Position numbers and translations under genes: made by a program | The notes under the pieces: model-generated | Databases searched by the model: none | Told to the model about the DNA's origin: nothing | Seen by the model: the letters and a program-made list of their open reading frames with translations, nothing else | NCBI GenBank assembly: GCA_002897895.1 | Contig: BDSY01000106.1 | Coordinates: forward strand, 1,922 to 65,921 | Source: a bacterium BMS3Abin06 | GTDB taxonomy: Bacteria > Nitrospirota > Thermodesulfovibrionia > UBA6902 | Reading direction: 5' to 3' | Length of the DNA stretch: 64,000 nucleotides | In this document: positions 20,126-33,296 of the stretch, piece after piece | Position numbering within the stretch: the stretch's first letter is position 1 | Layout of the letters: each line of letters begins with the position of its first letter

Positions 20126-21426
20126 ATACGCATAATGATTCAAACATTCAAACAAAACCCATCGTACTCGTAGTTGACGACAGCCAGTCGATCTTGACAT
20201 ATGTCAAAGGACTGCTCGAAGAGGCCGGTTTCAGAGTATTTACTGCGTCCGACGGTCGCATGGGACTTGAATGCATAGAATCTCATAAGCCTGATATAGT
20301 GCTTCTTGATATAGAGATGCCGGTAATGAACGGTCTGGAGGTCCTGGATAAATTAGGGAAGCCCGGACGGTTGTTTTCGATTATTCTATTAACCTCTCTT
20401 TCCGACATTAAAAACCGGATAGAGGGACTGGATAAGGGCGCTGATGATTACATTACAAAGCCGTTTGACGAAAGAGAATTGATCGCCCGCGTAAGTGCAG
20501 CAGTAAGAACAACAAGCCTGAAAAGAGAACTCGAAAGCGCAAAATGTATTGCTGAAGATGCATTGAGCAAATTTCGCAAAGCTCAAAGCAAAGTAATCGA
20601 AGAACAGAAAATTAACGCTATAGCAAGACTTGCATCAGGCATGGCGCATGAAATCAACAACCCGCTGGGATTTATTCAAAGCAATATCGGTACGCTTAAA
20701 AACTACTCCGGCATACTGTCCGAAGGCGCAAGCCGTTTTATGGAAATATCAGCCGGCGGCTGCAATGCGGAGAAAGTCATAAAGGAAACTCTTCCCTGGA
20801 TAAAAAACTCAAAGCTTGAATTTATCTGCCGGGATATCGAGCCGCTGATTTCGGAAACACTAAATGGGGTAACCCGTATCTCGTCCATCCTCCGGTGTTT
20901 GCTGATAATGGACCAGGCCGTGTTTTACACTGAAACCGAAGTGATGGATTTAAACAGCATAGCAAGGATATTTGATAGTCCTTCCTGTCCGGAACTTCCA
21001 CAGGGAGTATCAATTGTGACTGATCTCACCGATTCCCCGCTGATGGTAACAGGCAAATCCGACCAGTTAAGGATCGCTATTGAAAATATTTTTAAAAATG
21101 CAATCCATGCCGTGGGAGAACAGGGTGAGATCAGGGTAACAACACGCCTTGAGAACAATCTGGCCTGTATGGAAATCCGGGATTCAGGGGAAGGCATTCC
21201 GGAGGAGATTATGCCTATTGTATTTGAACCGTTTTTTACAACAGGAAAATCTCATGAAACGATCGGCCTGGGGCTGACTATTTCACAATACTTTGTTCAG
21301 GCACACGGCGGTCGAATAACAGTAGAGTCCGGTGCAGGAGCAGGCACATGTGTAAAAATCCTGGTGCCCGGGAACAATGAGGCCGGGGCAGGCACAGAGG
21401 CACAAAGTATCAAAGGCACAAAGTGA
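20122..21426 (+). CDS. REC-HisKA-HATPase hybrid kinase embedded in the che operon (CheS3-like architecture)
   Basis: ATG overlaps the cheR stop (ATGA). REC: LVVDDSQS, D in LLDIEMP, K in YITKPF. H-box MAHEINNPLGF. HATPase GLGLTISQ. Confidence 0.8.
   Translation: MNTHNDSNIQTKPIVLVVDDSQSILTYVKGLLEEAGFRVFTASDGRMGLECIESHKPDIVLLDIEMPVMNGLEVLDKLGKPGRLFSIILLTSLSDIKNRIEGLDKGADDYITKPFDERELIARVSAAVRTTSLKRELESAKCIAEDALSKFRKAQSKVIEEQKINAIARLASGMAHEINNPLGFIQSNIGTLKNYSGILSEGASRFMEISAGGCNAEKVIKETLPWIKNSKLEFICRDIEPLISETLNGVTRISSILRCLLIMDQAVFYTETEVMDLNSIARIFDSPSCPELPQGVSIVTDLTDSPLMVTGKSDQLRIAIENIFKNAIHAVGEQGEIRVTTRLENNLACMEIRDSGEGIPEEIMPIVFEPFFTTGKSHETIGLGLTISQYFVQAHGGRITVESGAGAGTCVKILVPGNNEAGAGTEAQSIKGTK
21391..21423. 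repeat. half-copy of the GGCACA(A/G)AG nonamer array, inside the 3' end of the kinase gene
   Basis: ggcacagaggcacaaagtatcaaaggcacaaag. Full palindromic copies lie at 37428-37539 and 40207-40323. Confidence 0.5.
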
Positions 21427-21442
21427 AGAAAGAGGGAAAAGC

Positions 21443-21988
21443 ATGAGACCGTCCGAGACAAAACTGCCAAACTTTTATCTTAAACCCGGACAGATATATA
21501 TAGCTGAAAAGCCTACCCTCGTATCAACAGTGCTCGGCTCCTGTATCTCCGTGACCATGTTCAACAGCCGTTTTAAAATCGGTGCCATAAGTCACGGGAT
21601 GCTGCCTTTATGCAAAAGCATGAATTCCTGTGCCGGTGAATGCCATGAAAGTTTCAAATATGTCGACTGTTCTATACGGCGGATGATCAAAATGTTTAAT
21701 ACATACGGCATTAAGTCCGGCGAAATTGAGGTCAAGCTGTTCGGCGGCGCGGATGTTCTCGGTTCTGGAAATGTCGGCAACATCATGTCTGTCGGCGGGA
21801 TGAATATTGAAACAGCCCTGAAGATGATCAGGACAAAAGGCCTCAATATAGTTATCTCCGACGTAGGAGGATTATGCGGACGTAAAATTTATTTCTACAC
21901 ACATACCGGAGAAATCTTCCTGAAACGTCTGGAAAAAATGGGGAAAATAGATTTACCGGATCAGAGAATCGTTAAAGGGGTATATTAA
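21443..21988 (+). CDS. cheD: CheD chemoreceptor glutamine deamidase
   Basis: Start at MRPSETKL after RBS agaggga. CheD motif VLGSCISV...HGMLP. Confidence 0.75.
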   Translation: MRPSETKLPNFYLKPGQIYIAEKPTLVSTVLGSCISVTMFNSRFKIGAISHGMLPLCKSMNSCAGECHESFKYVDCSIRRMIKMFNTYGIKSGEIEVKLFGGADVLGSGNVGNIMSVGGMNIETALKMIRTKGLNIVISDVGGLCGRKIYFYTHTGEIFLKRLEKMGKIDLPDQRIVKGVY

Positions 21989-23056
<1,068 letters not shown>

Positions 23057-23097
23057 CCGGGAACAGCTACAGATGTTGTTTATTGAGGTAAATTTTA

Positions 23098-26007
23098 ATG
23101 CTTTACAATAAGGCGCTCAGATACATCTTTATCGTTTCCTGCGTTATAGCAATAATATATCCGCTGGTCAATATTTACTTTATATTTCCTTTATTCGGGG
23201 AAGTGGTGAATAAAAACGCCGAAGATGACGCTGTGCGCATTGCAAATCTCCTGTCAACAGGGCTCTCTTTAGACAAGGGTGGATTGACAAAAGACTCGGT
23301 CCCCGCGGATTTCCAGGCTAAGGCGGAAGAAATGAAAGAAAAATTGCATATCTCGAAAATCAAGATATTTTCGAGATCCGGGAAGATATTGTTTTCCACC
23401 GACCCCCGGGATGTAGGAAAGGTAAATAAAAAGAGCTACTTTTATGAAATTGTGGCAAAAGGAAATCCCCTCACCAAGATTCTGCAAAGCAATGCCGCAT
23501 CACTTGAAGACCGGATGGTAAATGCCGATGTGGTGGAAACATATGTGCCGGTAATGGCCGGTAACAGATTTCTCGGAGCATTTGAGATATATGACGATAT
23601 TACACTCAAACAACGGATGCTTCACGAGGTGGTACTCCGGTCTTCTGCAATACCCCTGATCCTGATGTTCGGCTTTTTGTTCATAATATTGTTGATTTTA
23701 TTCAGGGCGGACAAAGATATATCCGTTTTCGAGGAAGCCGGGTCAAAGAGATTCAGATCCCCTCTTTATATCATATTAATTATAATTGTCTCAATGTTTA
23801 TTGCCCATTTTGCGGCCATGTTTCTTCTCTCAGGGTTTCCGTCGGCCTCTGATACAGCCCTCTCAATTATGGATATATCCTTATCGACCCTCCTGGTCTC
23901 TCCAGTGCTTTACTTTTTTATATTCCGGCCCCAGGCCATGCATATCTCCTGGCGCAAGAAGGCAGAGGAGGCATTGACGAAGAGCAGGAAAACTCTGAAA
24001 AAAGAAAGGAACAACCTTCGTTCAGCGCTTGATATGTTCTCTAACACAATTAAAGAAGTGGAAGAAAGTAAAGGATTTGAAAATATCCTTTATAAACCGG
24101 TTGAAAATCCTGACATTCCCGTATGCTGGGAGATGAAAAACTGCGGCTATAAGGAATGTCCTGTGCATGGCCGGAGAAATGCAAGATGCTGGCAGATAGC
24201 CCGCACTCACTGCGGGGGAAAAGTGCAGGGACAGTTTGCAATTAAGTTTGGCGACTGTGAGAAATGTGATGTTTATAAAGAGTCTGTCAAAGATCCGAAG
24301 TATGAGATAGGGGAGGCTTTTAATAATATGATGTTTATGTTAGCCGGCACACACTCTGAATTAACTAAAGCGCGTTTTGCTGCAGAGGCTGCCAACCGTG
24401 CCAAGAGTGAATTCCTTGCCAACATGAGCCATGAGATCCGCACACCCATGAATGCAATTATAGGCATGACCGACCTGACCCTTGATACGGACCTGAGCCG
24501 GGAACAAAGGGAATACATTGAAATGGTCAAATACTCCGCCGATTCCCTGCTCAGGTTGTTAAACGATATTCTGGATTTTTCAAAAATCGAGGCCGGCAAG
24601 CTGCAGCTTGAAAAAAAGGACTTCAATCTTCACTCTACACTGGGCAGTATAATCAAAACCCTGTCTGTTCAGGCAAACAAGAAAGGGCTTGAGCTGTTCT
24701 GCCGCATCAGCCCCGATGTCCCTGCAGAGTTGAAAGGCGATGACATACGGCTCAGGCAGATCATTGTTAACCTGGTGGGGAATGCCGTCAAATTTACCGA
24801 TAAGGGGAAGATTATTGTAAAAGTTGAACGCTGCACTTCCGGAAATGGCAATAACGGCACTGACAGGAAGCAGGATGGCCGGACAATCCTCATTCATTTT
24901 TCCGTTTCCGACACAGGCATAGGCATCCCTGCAGACAAACTTAAAAGCATATTTGAGAGCTTTACTCAAGTGAATGGTGTTGCTAACGGAAAACACGGCG
25001 GCACAGGACTCGGCCTGGCCATCTCCAGAAAACTTGTGGATATGATGGATGGAGAAATCCGGGTTGAAAGCGAAGCCGGCAAAGGAAGCGCCTTTCACTT
25101 TACCGCAAGATTCGGCATTGTAAGCAACTCAGTAAAACAAGAGACTTCTTTGCCTGATATTGACGGTGACGGAGGGTACTCATACAGTCGGCACATAAGC
25201 CATGAAGGCAGAAAAACACTCAACATCCTCCTTGTTGAAGACAATGTTTTAAATCAGAAAGTGGCTGCCGGCATGTTAAAAAACCGGGGGTATTCCTTGA
25301 CGCTTGCCGGTAATGGTGTGGAAGCGCTTGAAGTCCTGAAAAAACAGCGCTTTGACATCGTGCTGATGGACATACAGATGCCGGAAATGGACGGGATAGA
25401 GGCTGCACTGGCAATCAGGAACTCGAAGGTCCCCGGCTTTGACTCCCGGGTTCCCATAATAGCCCTGACTGCCCATGCCTTTGCAGAAGACAGACAGCGG
25501 TGTATAGAAGCCGGAATGAATGACTATATTACAAAACCATTTAAAAAGCATGAGCTTTTCAAAAAAATTGAAAGCCTTGTTTTAACCGGGGTTCATGCTG
25601 CTGAGGCTGAATCGATTGAACCTCCGGGCAACGGCGATGTGATATACAGGGCCGAGACGCTGGAACGGCTGGGTGGTGATGAAGAGCTTCTCAGGGAGCT
25701 CTGGGAGATATTTATTGATGACGCCCCGAGGCAGATGGAAATTCTGAAAAAAGCTATAGATGCCGGCGACATTGCCTTGACCGAACGTCAGGCACATTCG
25801 TTAAAGAGCGCTGCCGCCAATATAGGAGCAAATTTAATGAGTGACAAGGCATCCGGATTAGAACTGGCTGCAAGAGACAAAAACCTGAATAATGCCCGTA
25901 TGCTTTATGAAAAACTTGAACATGAATTAAAGAAGGCGCTGAAGGCATTGACAAAAGATGGAATTTATAACCCGGCTGCGGACAGGACAGATAGTGAATT
26001 GAAATGA
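23098..26007 (+). CDS. hybrid sensor histidine kinase (periplasmic sensor, TMs, Cys-rich insert, HisKA, HATPase, REC, Hpt)
   Basis: 969 aa. H-box [23 protein letters not shown] with D in [13 protein letters not shown]-terminal Hpt [13 protein letters not shown]. Eight-Cys segment [16 protein letters not shown]...CEKC. Confidence 0.85.
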   Translation: MLYNKALRYIFIVSCVIAIIYPLVNIYFIFPLFGEVVNKNAEDDAVRIANLLSTGLSLDKGGLTKDSVPADFQAKAEEMKEKLHISKIKIFSRSGKILFSTDPRDVGKVNKKSYFYEIVAKGNPLTKILQSNAASLEDRMVNADVVETYVPVMAGNRFLGAFEIYDDITLKQRMLHEVVLRSSAIPLILMFGFLFIILLILFRADKDISVFEEAGSKRFRSPLYIILIIIVSMFIAHFAAMFLLSGFPSASDTALSIMDISLSTLLVSPVLYFFIFRPQAMHISWRKKAEEALTKSRKTLKKERNNLRSALDMFSNTIKEVEESKGFENILYKPVENPDIPVCWEMKNCGYKECPVHGRRNARCWQIARTHCGGKVQGQFAIKFGDCEKCDVYKESVKDPKYEIGEAFNNMMFMLAGTHSELTKARFAAEAANRAKSEFLANMSHEIRTPMNAIIGMTDLTLDTDLSREQREYIEMVKYSADSLLRLLNDILDFSKIEAGKLQLEKKDFNLHSTLGSIIKTLSVQANKKGLELFCRISPDVPAELKGDDIRLRQIIVNLVGNAVKFTDKGKIIVKVERCTSGNGNNGTDRKQDGRTILIHFSVSDTGIGIPADKLKSIFESFTQVNGVANGKHGGTGLGLAISRKLVDMMDGEIRVESEAGKGSAFHFTARFGIVSNSVKQETSLPDIDGDGGYSYSRHISHEGRKTLNILLVEDNVLNQKVAAGMLKNRGYSLTLAGNGVEALEVLKKQRFDIVLMDIQMPEMDGIEAALAIRNSKVPGFDSRVPIIALTAHAFAEDRQRCIEAGMNDYITKPFKKHELFKKIESLVLTGVHAAEAESIEPPGNGDVIYRAETLERLGGDEELLRELWEIFIDDAPRQMEILKKAIDAGDIALTERQAHSLKSAAANIGANLMSDKASGLELAARDKNLNNARMLYEKLEHELKKALKALTKDGIYNPAADRTDSELK

Positions 26008-28739
26008 TATTTAACAGTATTTCCAGAAAAATCATCGCCCTGTTTTTAAGCATTATTCTTGCGTCGGTAATTGTTGTCAGCGCCATAGCCTACCGGATAT
26101 CTTCTTCTAACCTCATGCAGGAGATAGAAAAACATTATATTGACAGGGTTGTAGATATTATGGTTGCAATTGATGAAATCATGTATTCAAAATACAAGCT
26201 CATACAGGATATTGCCGATAATGCGGTCATAAGATCAGGGGACAGCGCTCCCGAGGAGATCAATGCGGAATTATTGAAATACAACAAAAGATATCCTGAA
26301 ATCATGTCCATGTCTTTTTTTGATATGAACAGGATCAGGCTGGCGGATACAAAAGGCATGAACATCGGGAAACAGGACCGGATCATCGGTTACTGGGAAA
26401 GGGCCTTGGAAGGCAGGATAACGGCCGGAGAAGATATAAGAACTGCTGAGGATATTAAGGTTCCCGTTATCTACTTTGCCGCTCCTGTAAAAAATATGCA
26501 GGGGAAACAGTCCGGTGTTGTAGTTGCACGGCTGGTTGCAACAGAAATCAACAGGGAGCTGAAAGAATTGACCATAAACCCGGATATTATGCACATTACC
26601 TTATTTGATAAAGAAAAGAACATCCTGTTTTCCAGTAACAATTATTATAAAGGCAAGGCGCTGAACCGGAAAATTCGTGATTCACTTCCCACCGGGGAGG
26701 CTTTAAAAGGATACACAGGAGCTGTTGTTGAATATGGCTCCGGGCAGGAACACAAGCACCTGACTGTCTATGCCCGTGAGCAAGGCGTAAGAGATTTTAA
26801 AGGCAATGGCTGGTCAATAATCTTATCTCTGGATATGGATCAGGCGATGCTGCCTCTTAAAGAGATGAGGAACAGGATATTTATAGTGTCTTTAATAATT
26901 GCCTCAGTGGCCGGCCTGATTGCCTATCTCGTGACTTTGAGTATTTCCGGACCGATAAAAAAACTGCAGAAGGGGATAGAAATAGTTGAAGGAGGACAAC
27001 CTGATTATGAAGTAAAGGTAAAGAGCAGGGATGAAATCGGCCGGTTGACAAACTCATTCAATAAAATGGTCAATGCCTTAAAAGAGCAGACCGTTGATCT
27101 TCTGGCGTCAAACAGGGCGCTGGAGGAGGAGATATCAGAGCGGATGCGTATAGAGGAAACGCTGATAGAATCTGAAGAGAAATATAAAAGTGTTGTGGAT
27201 AATATCGGCATAGGGGTACTGCTTATAAGCCCGAAACTGGAGATATTGGCCCTGAATAAAAAGATGAGAGAATGGTTCCCGGGCATTGATGTTTTAAAGA
27301 AGCCGGTTTGTTACAGAGTCCTTAATGAGTCCCCGAAGGAAGACGCATCCGCTCATTGCCCGAGCCGCAAGACACTAAAAGACGGACAGACTCATGAATC
27401 AACAACCACCTATCCTGCCGGCAGTGAAACGGTAAACTACAGGATACTTTCCTCTCCGGTTAAGGACAAACATGAAAATGTTATTGCAGTGGTAGAGCTC
27501 TTTGAAGACATTACCGAACGCAGGAAATATGAAGAGGCGCTCAAAAAGGCAAAAGAAGCTGCCGAGGCCGCCAGCCGCGCCAAGAGCGAATTTCTGTCCA
27601 ACATGAGCCATGAGATCCGCACACCTATGAATGCAATCCTGGGTATGACCGAGCTGACACTTGATACTGCTCTGTCTCCGGAGCAAAGAGAATACGTTGA
27701 AACCGTCAAACAATCTGCTGATTCTCTTCTTGCCCTGCTGAACGATATTCTGGATCTCTCAAAAATCGAGTCAGGCAAAATGAAACTTGAAGAGATGGAT
27801 TTCAACCTGCAGACCACAATAGACGGAATAATCAAGACCAATACTTTTCAGTCGCTTAACAAAGGGCTTGACCTGCTCTGTCATATCAACCCTGATGTCC
27901 CTCTGGGTCTGAGAGGCGATGAGCTACGCCTGTGGGAAATTATTGTCAATGTGTTAGGGAATGCTATCAAGTTTACCGAGAGAGGCAGGATTATCCTGAA
28001 GGTTGAGCGCCGGACTTCCGGAAACGGCAATGAAGATCAGGACAGTCAGACCGTTTCCCTTCATTTTTCCGTTTCCGATACCGGCATAGGCATTCCTGAA
28101 GACAAACTTAAAATAATATTTGAGAGCTTTACCCAGTCGGATGGTTCAAGCACCAGAAAATACGGCGGGACAGGACTCGGTCTGGCTATCTCCAAAAAGC
28201 TTGTCAATATGATGGGTGGAGAAATCTGGGCTGAAAGCGAACCCGGGAAAGGAAGCACCTTCCACTTTACCGCTGTATTCGGTATTAGCCATAAAGCGGT
28301 AGAACAAGAGCCCCCTTCACAGGATACCGGCGTTGAGACCGAACCTTTCACAAAGAGGCTTAATATTCTTCTTGCTGAAGACAATATTTTAAATCAAAGA
28401 CTGGCAACACGCATGTTAGAGAGAGCGGGACATGCCGTGGAAGTTGCAAACAACGGGCAGGAAGTGCTTGAAGCTTTGAAAAAACAGCGCTTTGACCTCG
28501 TGCTGATGGATGTGCAGATGCCGGAAATGGACGGGATAGAGGCTGCGCGGATAATCAGAAATTCCGGGGGCAGCGGCTTTGACCCTGCAATTCCGATAAT
28601 TGCTGTAACCGCCCATACTTTTAAAGAGGACAGGCAGCGCTGCCTCAAGGCCGGAATAAATATATGCATTACAAAACCTTTTAGAAGGCAGGAGCTTTTA
28701 GCGGAGATTGAAAGGTTTGTTTCCAGCCGGGACAACTAA
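26004..28739 (+). CDS. hybrid sensor histidine kinase (Cache-like periplasmic domain, HAMP, PAS, HisKA, HATPase, REC)
   Basis: 911 aa. ATGA overlap with the previous gene. HisKA, HATPase and REC segments are 85-90% identical at the DNA level to those of the previous gene. Confidence 0.85.
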   Translation: MIFNSISRKIIALFLSIILASVIVVSAIAYRISSSNLMQEIEKHYIDRVVDIMVAIDEIMYSKYKLIQDIADNAVIRSGDSAPEEINAELLKYNKRYPEIMSMSFFDMNRIRLADTKGMNIGKQDRIIGYWERALEGRITAGEDIRTAEDIKVPVIYFAAPVKNMQGKQSGVVVARLVATEINRELKELTINPDIMHITLFDKEKNILFSSNNYYKGKALNRKIRDSLPTGEALKGYTGAVVEYGSGQEHKHLTVYAREQGVRDFKGNGWSIILSLDMDQAMLPLKEMRNRIFIVSLIIASVAGLIAYLVTLSISGPIKKLQKGIEIVEGGQPDYEVKVKSRDEIGRLTNSFNKMVNALKEQTVDLLASNRALEEEISERMRIEETLIESEEKYKSVVDNIGIGVLLISPKLEILALNKKMREWFPGIDVLKKPVCYRVLNESPKEDASAHCPSRKTLKDGQTHESTTTYPAGSETVNYRILSSPVKDKHENVIAVVELFEDITERRKYEEALKKAKEAAEAASRAKSEFLSNMSHEIRTPMNAILGMTELTLDTALSPEQREYVETVKQSADSLLALLNDILDLSKIESGKMKLEEMDFNLQTTIDGIIKTNTFQSLNKGLDLLCHINPDVPLGLRGDELRLWEIIVNVLGNAIKFTERGRIILKVERRTSGNGNEDQDSQTVSLHFSVSDTGIGIPEDKLKIIFESFTQSDGSSTRKYGGTGLGLAISKKLVNMMGGEIWAESEPGKGSTFHFTAVFGISHKAVEQEPPSQDTGVETEPFTKRLNILLAEDNILNQRLATRMLERAGHAVEVANNGQEVLEALKKQRFDLVLMDVQMPEMDGIEAARIIRNSGGSGFDPAIPIIAVTAHTFKEDRQRCLKAGINICITKPFRRQELLAEIERFVSSRDN

Positions 28740-28771
28740 TGATTTATAACAAATGAAAAGGGAGGCGCAAA

Positions 28772-29170
28772 ATGAGAGTTTTAATAGTTGAAGATGACTT
28801 TACCAGCCGCAAGCTGCTGCAAAAGTTCCTTTCTCCTTATGGTGATTGCGATATTGCGGTTGACGGCAAAGAGGCACTTGAGGCATATAAAATGTCCTGG
28901 GTGAAAAGTGAACCATATGATCTTATCTGTATGGATATCATGATGCCCAATGTAGACGGGCAGGAGGCGCTGAAAAAAATCCGTGAAATAGAAAAGGATA
29001 TGGGCATCAAAAACCATGATGAGGTGAAAGTAGTCATGACTACAGTCCTTGATGACCCGAAAAACGTTTTTAAGGCATTGAACAAGGGAGGAGCTACATC
29101 TTATATCATTAAACCCATCAGCAAACAAACGCTTCTCGAAGAGCTGCGCAAGCTCGGTTTGATCATATAA
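28772..29170 (+). CDS. single-domain response regulator (CheY-like)
   Basis: 132 aa. VLIVEDD; D in LICMDIMMP; T in VVMTT; K in YIIKP. RBS gggagg. Confidence 0.8.
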   Translation: MRVLIVEDDFTSRKLLQKFLSPYGDCDIAVDGKEALEAYKMSWVKSEPYDLICMDIMMPNVDGQEALKKIREIEKDMGIKNHDEVKVVMTTVLDDPKNVFKALNKGGATSYIIKPISKQTLLEELRKLGLII

Positions 29171-29200
29171 GGGGGGTAAAAAATAAAATTCAGGTTTTAT

Positions 29201-30550
29201 TTGGAAATTATGAATAACGATAAAAGAAATATAGAGATTTCATATGATGGACTACTTATTCTCAACTTGCCGAAATTGAAGCGCATATTGCCTCTATATA
29301 TCGCCCTTATAGCTGTAACAACCTCAATCTCAGTGTATTTTTTTGACGAATATTTTCATGTTTTATTTCTCCCATATACTTGCATGGTGGAGCATCTCAT
29401 GTGGGTTTTTATCACAGCGGGGTTGTGCCTGTTCACTATTATAAAAATATCTGCAACCCCCTTGACGAAAATAACTGATAGAGAACAAAAAATAATAGTT
29501 GAGTTCATGGCGCAAACCGAATATCAAAAAACACGGACCGGCAAGCTGTCACAGTATTTTGGTTCCCAGCTGAAATTAGATGCCCTTACCAGGGCACACC
29601 TGGAAAATATAGTCAGTGAAACGGATTCCGCAGCCCTCCGGATTATTACACAGGCACAGGATATAGACCTCTCTATGACAGAACTGATCAATGTGCTTGC
29701 GTCGTTGCACAGCAAGAGTGAAGAGCTGGCAAAAATATCTAATATGACGATTATGGAAAACAGGCAGACCATTGTTCATTTACGTGAATATGTTGATACG
29801 CGTCTGGAGGAATTGGAAAATGATCATAAAAGGGCTATTTCTTTATCCGAAAACGCCGGATCCATGATAAAACTGGTGGATCTGCTCAGAGATATCAGCG
29901 ATAAGACCAATCTCCTTGCGCTCAATGCGGCAATCGAAGCGGCCCGGGCAGGGGAAGACGGAAGAAGCTTTGCAGTAGTGGCCGCAAAAGTGCGGGAACT
30001 GTCTATCCAGTCGGAACACGCGGCAGCCCAGGTCGGGAAGGCCATTACGGGCATGGCAAAAGAAATCGAGTCACAATTCACCGACAAGTTAGCTAAACAA
30101 ACAAATGAAACAGAGAAAGAACTGCTTGGTAACCTTGAATTACAGCTTGTTAATCTCGGGAACAGTTACGAGCAATTAGACGGCTTTAACAGACAGGTTC
30201 TTGAGCAGGTTGAGATAAGCAGCCGGAAGGTAGCGCAAAAGATTATGGAGCTGCTGGCAAACATACAGTTTCAGGACATAACCAGACAGCAGATCGAACT
30301 GATAATCCGCTGCCTTTCCGATATAGACATCTACATTGAAAATCTTAAAGTCTATGTTAATAAAGCTGTCCCGTGTGATACAAACTGTATTATCCCTGAC
30401 TTTGATATAGATGATATATGCAAATATTATACGATGAAAAAGCAGCGTGATATACATTATGAGGCAACGAGTGGACTCGTAAATCGAGAGTTGATACAGG
30501 AGGTTGGAAAAACCGATAAGTCTAATGGAGATGATATTACTTTCTTTTAA
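29201..30550 (+). CDS. MCP-like signalling protein (2 TM, no sensor domain)
   Basis: [45 protein letters not shown] motif shared with the MCP at 11918. Cys-containing C-terminal tail. Confidence 0.75.
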   Translation: MEIMNNDKRNIEISYDGLLILNLPKLKRILPLYIALIAVTTSISVYFFDEYFHVLFLPYTCMVEHLMWVFITAGLCLFTIIKISATPLTKITDREQKIIVEFMAQTEYQKTRTGKLSQYFGSQLKLDALTRAHLENIVSETDSAALRIITQAQDIDLSMTELINVLASLHSKSEELAKISNMTIMENRQTIVHLREYVDTRLEELENDHKRAISLSENAGSMIKLVDLLRDISDKTNLLALNAAIEAARAGEDGRSFAVVAAKVRELSIQSEHAAAQVGKAITGMAKEIESQFTDKLAKQTNETEKELLGNLELQLVNLGNSYEQLDGFNRQVLEQVEISSRKVAQKIMELLANIQFQDITRQQIELIIRCLSDIDIYIENLKVYVNKAVPCDTNCIIPDFDIDDICKYYTMKKQRDIHYEATSGLVNRELIQEVGKTDKSNGDDITFF

Positions 30551-30599
30551 TCAGGGATGGGTAATGATTATAAAAGAGTATCTTTTTACGGAGGGTTAA

Positions 30600-30968
30600 A
30601 TGGCTAAGACAATAATGATAATTGATGATTCGGCATCAATACGAATGGTGGTGAGTATAGCTTTAAAAAAGACAGGCTATGAAGTGATAGAAGCAAAAGA
30701 CGGCAAAGACGCGCTGGGCAAGATGACAGGGCAGAAGATTCATCTTATACTCTGTGATGTTAACATGCCGAACATGGATGGGATATCCTTTTTAAAGTCA
30801 ATCAAACAGAATCAGAATTATAAGTTTACTCCTATTATCATGCTCACCACAGAGTCTCAGGAAGCAAAAAAACAGGAAGGCAAGGCAGCAGGCGCAAAGG
30901 CCTGGGTTGTAAAACCTTTTAAGCCGGAGCAAATGCTTTCGGCAATAGAAAAGCTGGTACTGCCGTGA
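30600..30968 (+). CDS. cheY: CheY-like response regulator
   Basis: 122 aa. Paralog of 13108 ([35 protein letters not shown]). Confidence 0.85.
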   Translation: MAKTIMIIDDSASIRMVVSIALKKTGYEVIEAKDGKDALGKMTGQKIHLILCDVNMPNMDGISFLKSIKQNQNYKFTPIIMLTTESQEAKKQEGKAAGAKAWVVKPFKPEQMLSAIEKLVLP

Positions 30969-30984
30969 TGGAAGGGTGAATGTT

Positions 30985-31281
30985 ATGAAGGTTAACGCAG
31001 AAAAAAATAATGGCTTATGCAGGTTGCAGATAGAAGGTGAAATGACTATTTCTGCTGCGACAGAGCTGAAAAAGAGCCTTCTCGATAATCTTGCAAATTG
31101 TTCGGAACTTGAGATAGACCTGTCGCAGGTCAGCGAGATGGATACAACAGGTTTTCAACTTCTGTTTCTGGTTAAAAGGGAGGCCTCTCTTTTAAATAAA
31201 GTTTTTCGAATTATCTCACACAGTCCAAAAACATTGTCGGTACTGAAACTGTACAACATGAAAGATTTTTTTGAAAGTTGA
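30985..31281 (+). CDS. STAS-domain protein
   Basis: MKVNAEKNNGLCRLQIEGEMTISAATELKK...DLSQVSEMDTTGFQLL. MDTTG aligns with the SpoIIAA MDSSG phospho-site region. Confidence 0.7.
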   Translation: MKVNAEKNNGLCRLQIEGEMTISAATELKKSLLDNLANCSELEIDLSQVSEMDTTGFQLLFLVKREASLLNKVFRIISHSPKTLSVLKLYNMKDFFES

Positions 31282-31288
31282 AATTTCT

Positions 31289-33286
31289 ATGAAAACAGAC
31301 CCTGTATTACAGACATTTATCATCGAAAGCAGTGAAAATGTTCAGGAGATGGAGAATTCCCTGCTCCAGCTCGAAACCTCTCCTGATGATGAAGATACCA
31401 TAAACGCCTTGTTCCGGGCAGCCCATACAATCAAAGGCTCAGCCGGCATTGTGGGCATTGATAATGTTGAGAGATTTACACATATAGTAGAAAATGTCCT
31501 CGAACAGGTTCGTCTGGGTGAGATCAAGGTAACCGGTGATCTGATCGGACTCCTTCTGAAGTGTTGCGACCATATAGGGCGTCTTGTAGATATTCTGAGT
31601 GAAGGGGAAGATAAAGCCGGCAACCCTGATCTTGAATTCGAAGGACAATCCATTATGGAACAACTCACGGCTTACATAGTGGCTGATAAGGATGACCTGC
31701 CCTCCGCGCAAAAGGATACACAGGGAGTTGCCGGGGAGCGGAAAGAAATTTCATCAGACAACAGAATGGTTGAAACCGGAAACTGGCATATATCCCTGAA
31801 ATTCAGCCGTGATGTGCTGCGAGACGGCATGGACCCTCTTTCATTTATAACCTATCTTTCAAAACTTGGTGAGATTGCCGGCCTGACCACCCTGCATGAT
31901 GCCATACCTGATGCCGGGGAAATGGATCCTGAAAGTTGTTATCTCGGTTTCGAGATAGACTTCAGGAGTGATTCCGACAAACAAACTATTGAGGATGTAT
32001 TTGAATTTGTACAGGAAGACTGTGAAATCAGCATACTGCCTCTTCACAGTGAAAACAAAGCAGATCCCCCCGTGGTAGGCGCAGCGCCGGAGAAACAAGA
32101 ACAGATCAAGGCCTTCAAGGCAAAAGAAGCTAAAACCATCCGAGTTGATACAAATAAACTCGATCAACTGATAAATATGGTAGGAGAGCTGGTGATTGCC
32201 AATGCCAATATAGATCAGCAGGCACAGCGCATAAGAGACAATAGTTTGCTTGAATCCGCCTCTGCTTTGTCGAGGCTGGTTGAAGATATCCGCGACAGGG
32301 CCATGAAAGTCCGCATGGTACCGATAGGCGAAACCTTTAACCGTTTCAAAAGAGTAGTGCGGGACATCAGCCGGAACACGGGCAAGGATATCGAACTGGT
32401 AATCAGCGGAGGCGACACTGAACTGGATAAGGGCGTTATAGAAAAGATCGGGGATCCCTTAATGCACTTAATTCGTAATTCAGCGGACCACGGAATTGAA
32501 GAGGCTGATGAGCGTCTTGCGCTAAACAAACCGGGCAAAGGCACCATCCGTCTCAATGCCTTTCAAGAGACGGGCAGTATAGTCATTGAAGTTTCTGACG
32601 ATGGGAGGGGACTGAACCGCAGCAGAATAATGAACAAGGCAATGGAACGCGGCATAATTAATCCCGGTCAAAGCCTCTCTGACCGCGAGATGTACGACCT
32701 CATATTTGAACCCGGATTTTCCACTGCCCAAAAGGTGACCAAAGTGTCTGGACGCGGTGTAGGCATGGATGTGGTGAAGCGCAATATAGAGACCCTTCGC
32801 GGCTCGGTTGACGTGGAAAGCCATGAAGGCGTCGGCGCCACGGTACACATTCGCCTGCCGCTGACAATGGCAATTATTGACGGCTTTATGGTGGGGGTGG
32901 GGCCGTTATTTTATGTAATTCCGCTGGACATGGTTGTTGAGTGTCTTGAACTGTCAGAGGCAGACAGGCAGGCATCGCTCAAACGGAATTATGCCGATCT
33001 ACACGGTAAAGTCCTGCCGTTTCTGCGGCTCAGAGACCTCTTCAATGAACAGAATGGCCGGCCCCCCTACGAGCATGTTGTGGTTGTACAGTATGCAGGC
33101 CGGAAGACCGGACTGGTAGTAGATGAATTGCATGGAGAGGTACAGGCTGTTATTAAATCACTGGGCAGGGTTTACAAAGACATAAAGGGGGTTTCCGGAG
33201 CGACAATCCTGGGCGACGGTACGGTAGCGTTAATACTGGATGTGCCAGGCCTCGTACAAACTGCAAAGAGAATGAGAAAAGTTTAA
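31289..33286 (+). CDS. cheA: CheA histidine kinase (second copy)
   Basis: Hpt FRAAHTIKGSAGIVG. HLIRNSADHGIE; DDGRGL; GRGVGMDVV. C-terminal CheW-like domain. Confidence 0.85.
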   Translation: MKTDPVLQTFIIESSENVQEMENSLLQLETSPDDEDTINALFRAAHTIKGSAGIVGIDNVERFTHIVENVLEQVRLGEIKVTGDLIGLLLKCCDHIGRLVDILSEGEDKAGNPDLEFEGQSIMEQLTAYIVADKDDLPSAQKDTQGVAGERKEISSDNRMVETGNWHISLKFSRDVLRDGMDPLSFITYLSKLGEIAGLTTLHDAIPDAGEMDPESCYLGFEIDFRSDSDKQTIEDVFEFVQEDCEISILPLHSENKADPPVVGAAPEKQEQIKAFKAKEAKTIRVDTNKLDQLINMVGELVIANANIDQQAQRIRDNSLLESASALSRLVEDIRDRAMKVRMVPIGETFNRFKRVVRDISRNTGKDIELVISGGDTELDKGVIEKIGDPLMHLIRNSADHGIEEADERLALNKPGKGTIRLNAFQETGSIVIEVSDDGRGLNRSRIMNKAMERGIINPGQSLSDREMYDLIFEPGFSTAQKVTKVSGRGVGMDVVKRNIETLRGSVDVESHEGVGATVHIRLPLTMAIIDGFMVGVGPLFYVIPLDMVVECLELSEADRQASLKRNYADLHGKVLPFLRLRDLFNEQNGRPPYEHVVVVQYAGRKTGLVVDELHGEVQAVIKSLGRVYKDIKGVSGATILGDGTVALILDVPGLVQTAKRMRKV

Positions 33287-33296
33287 GGAGGTAAAA

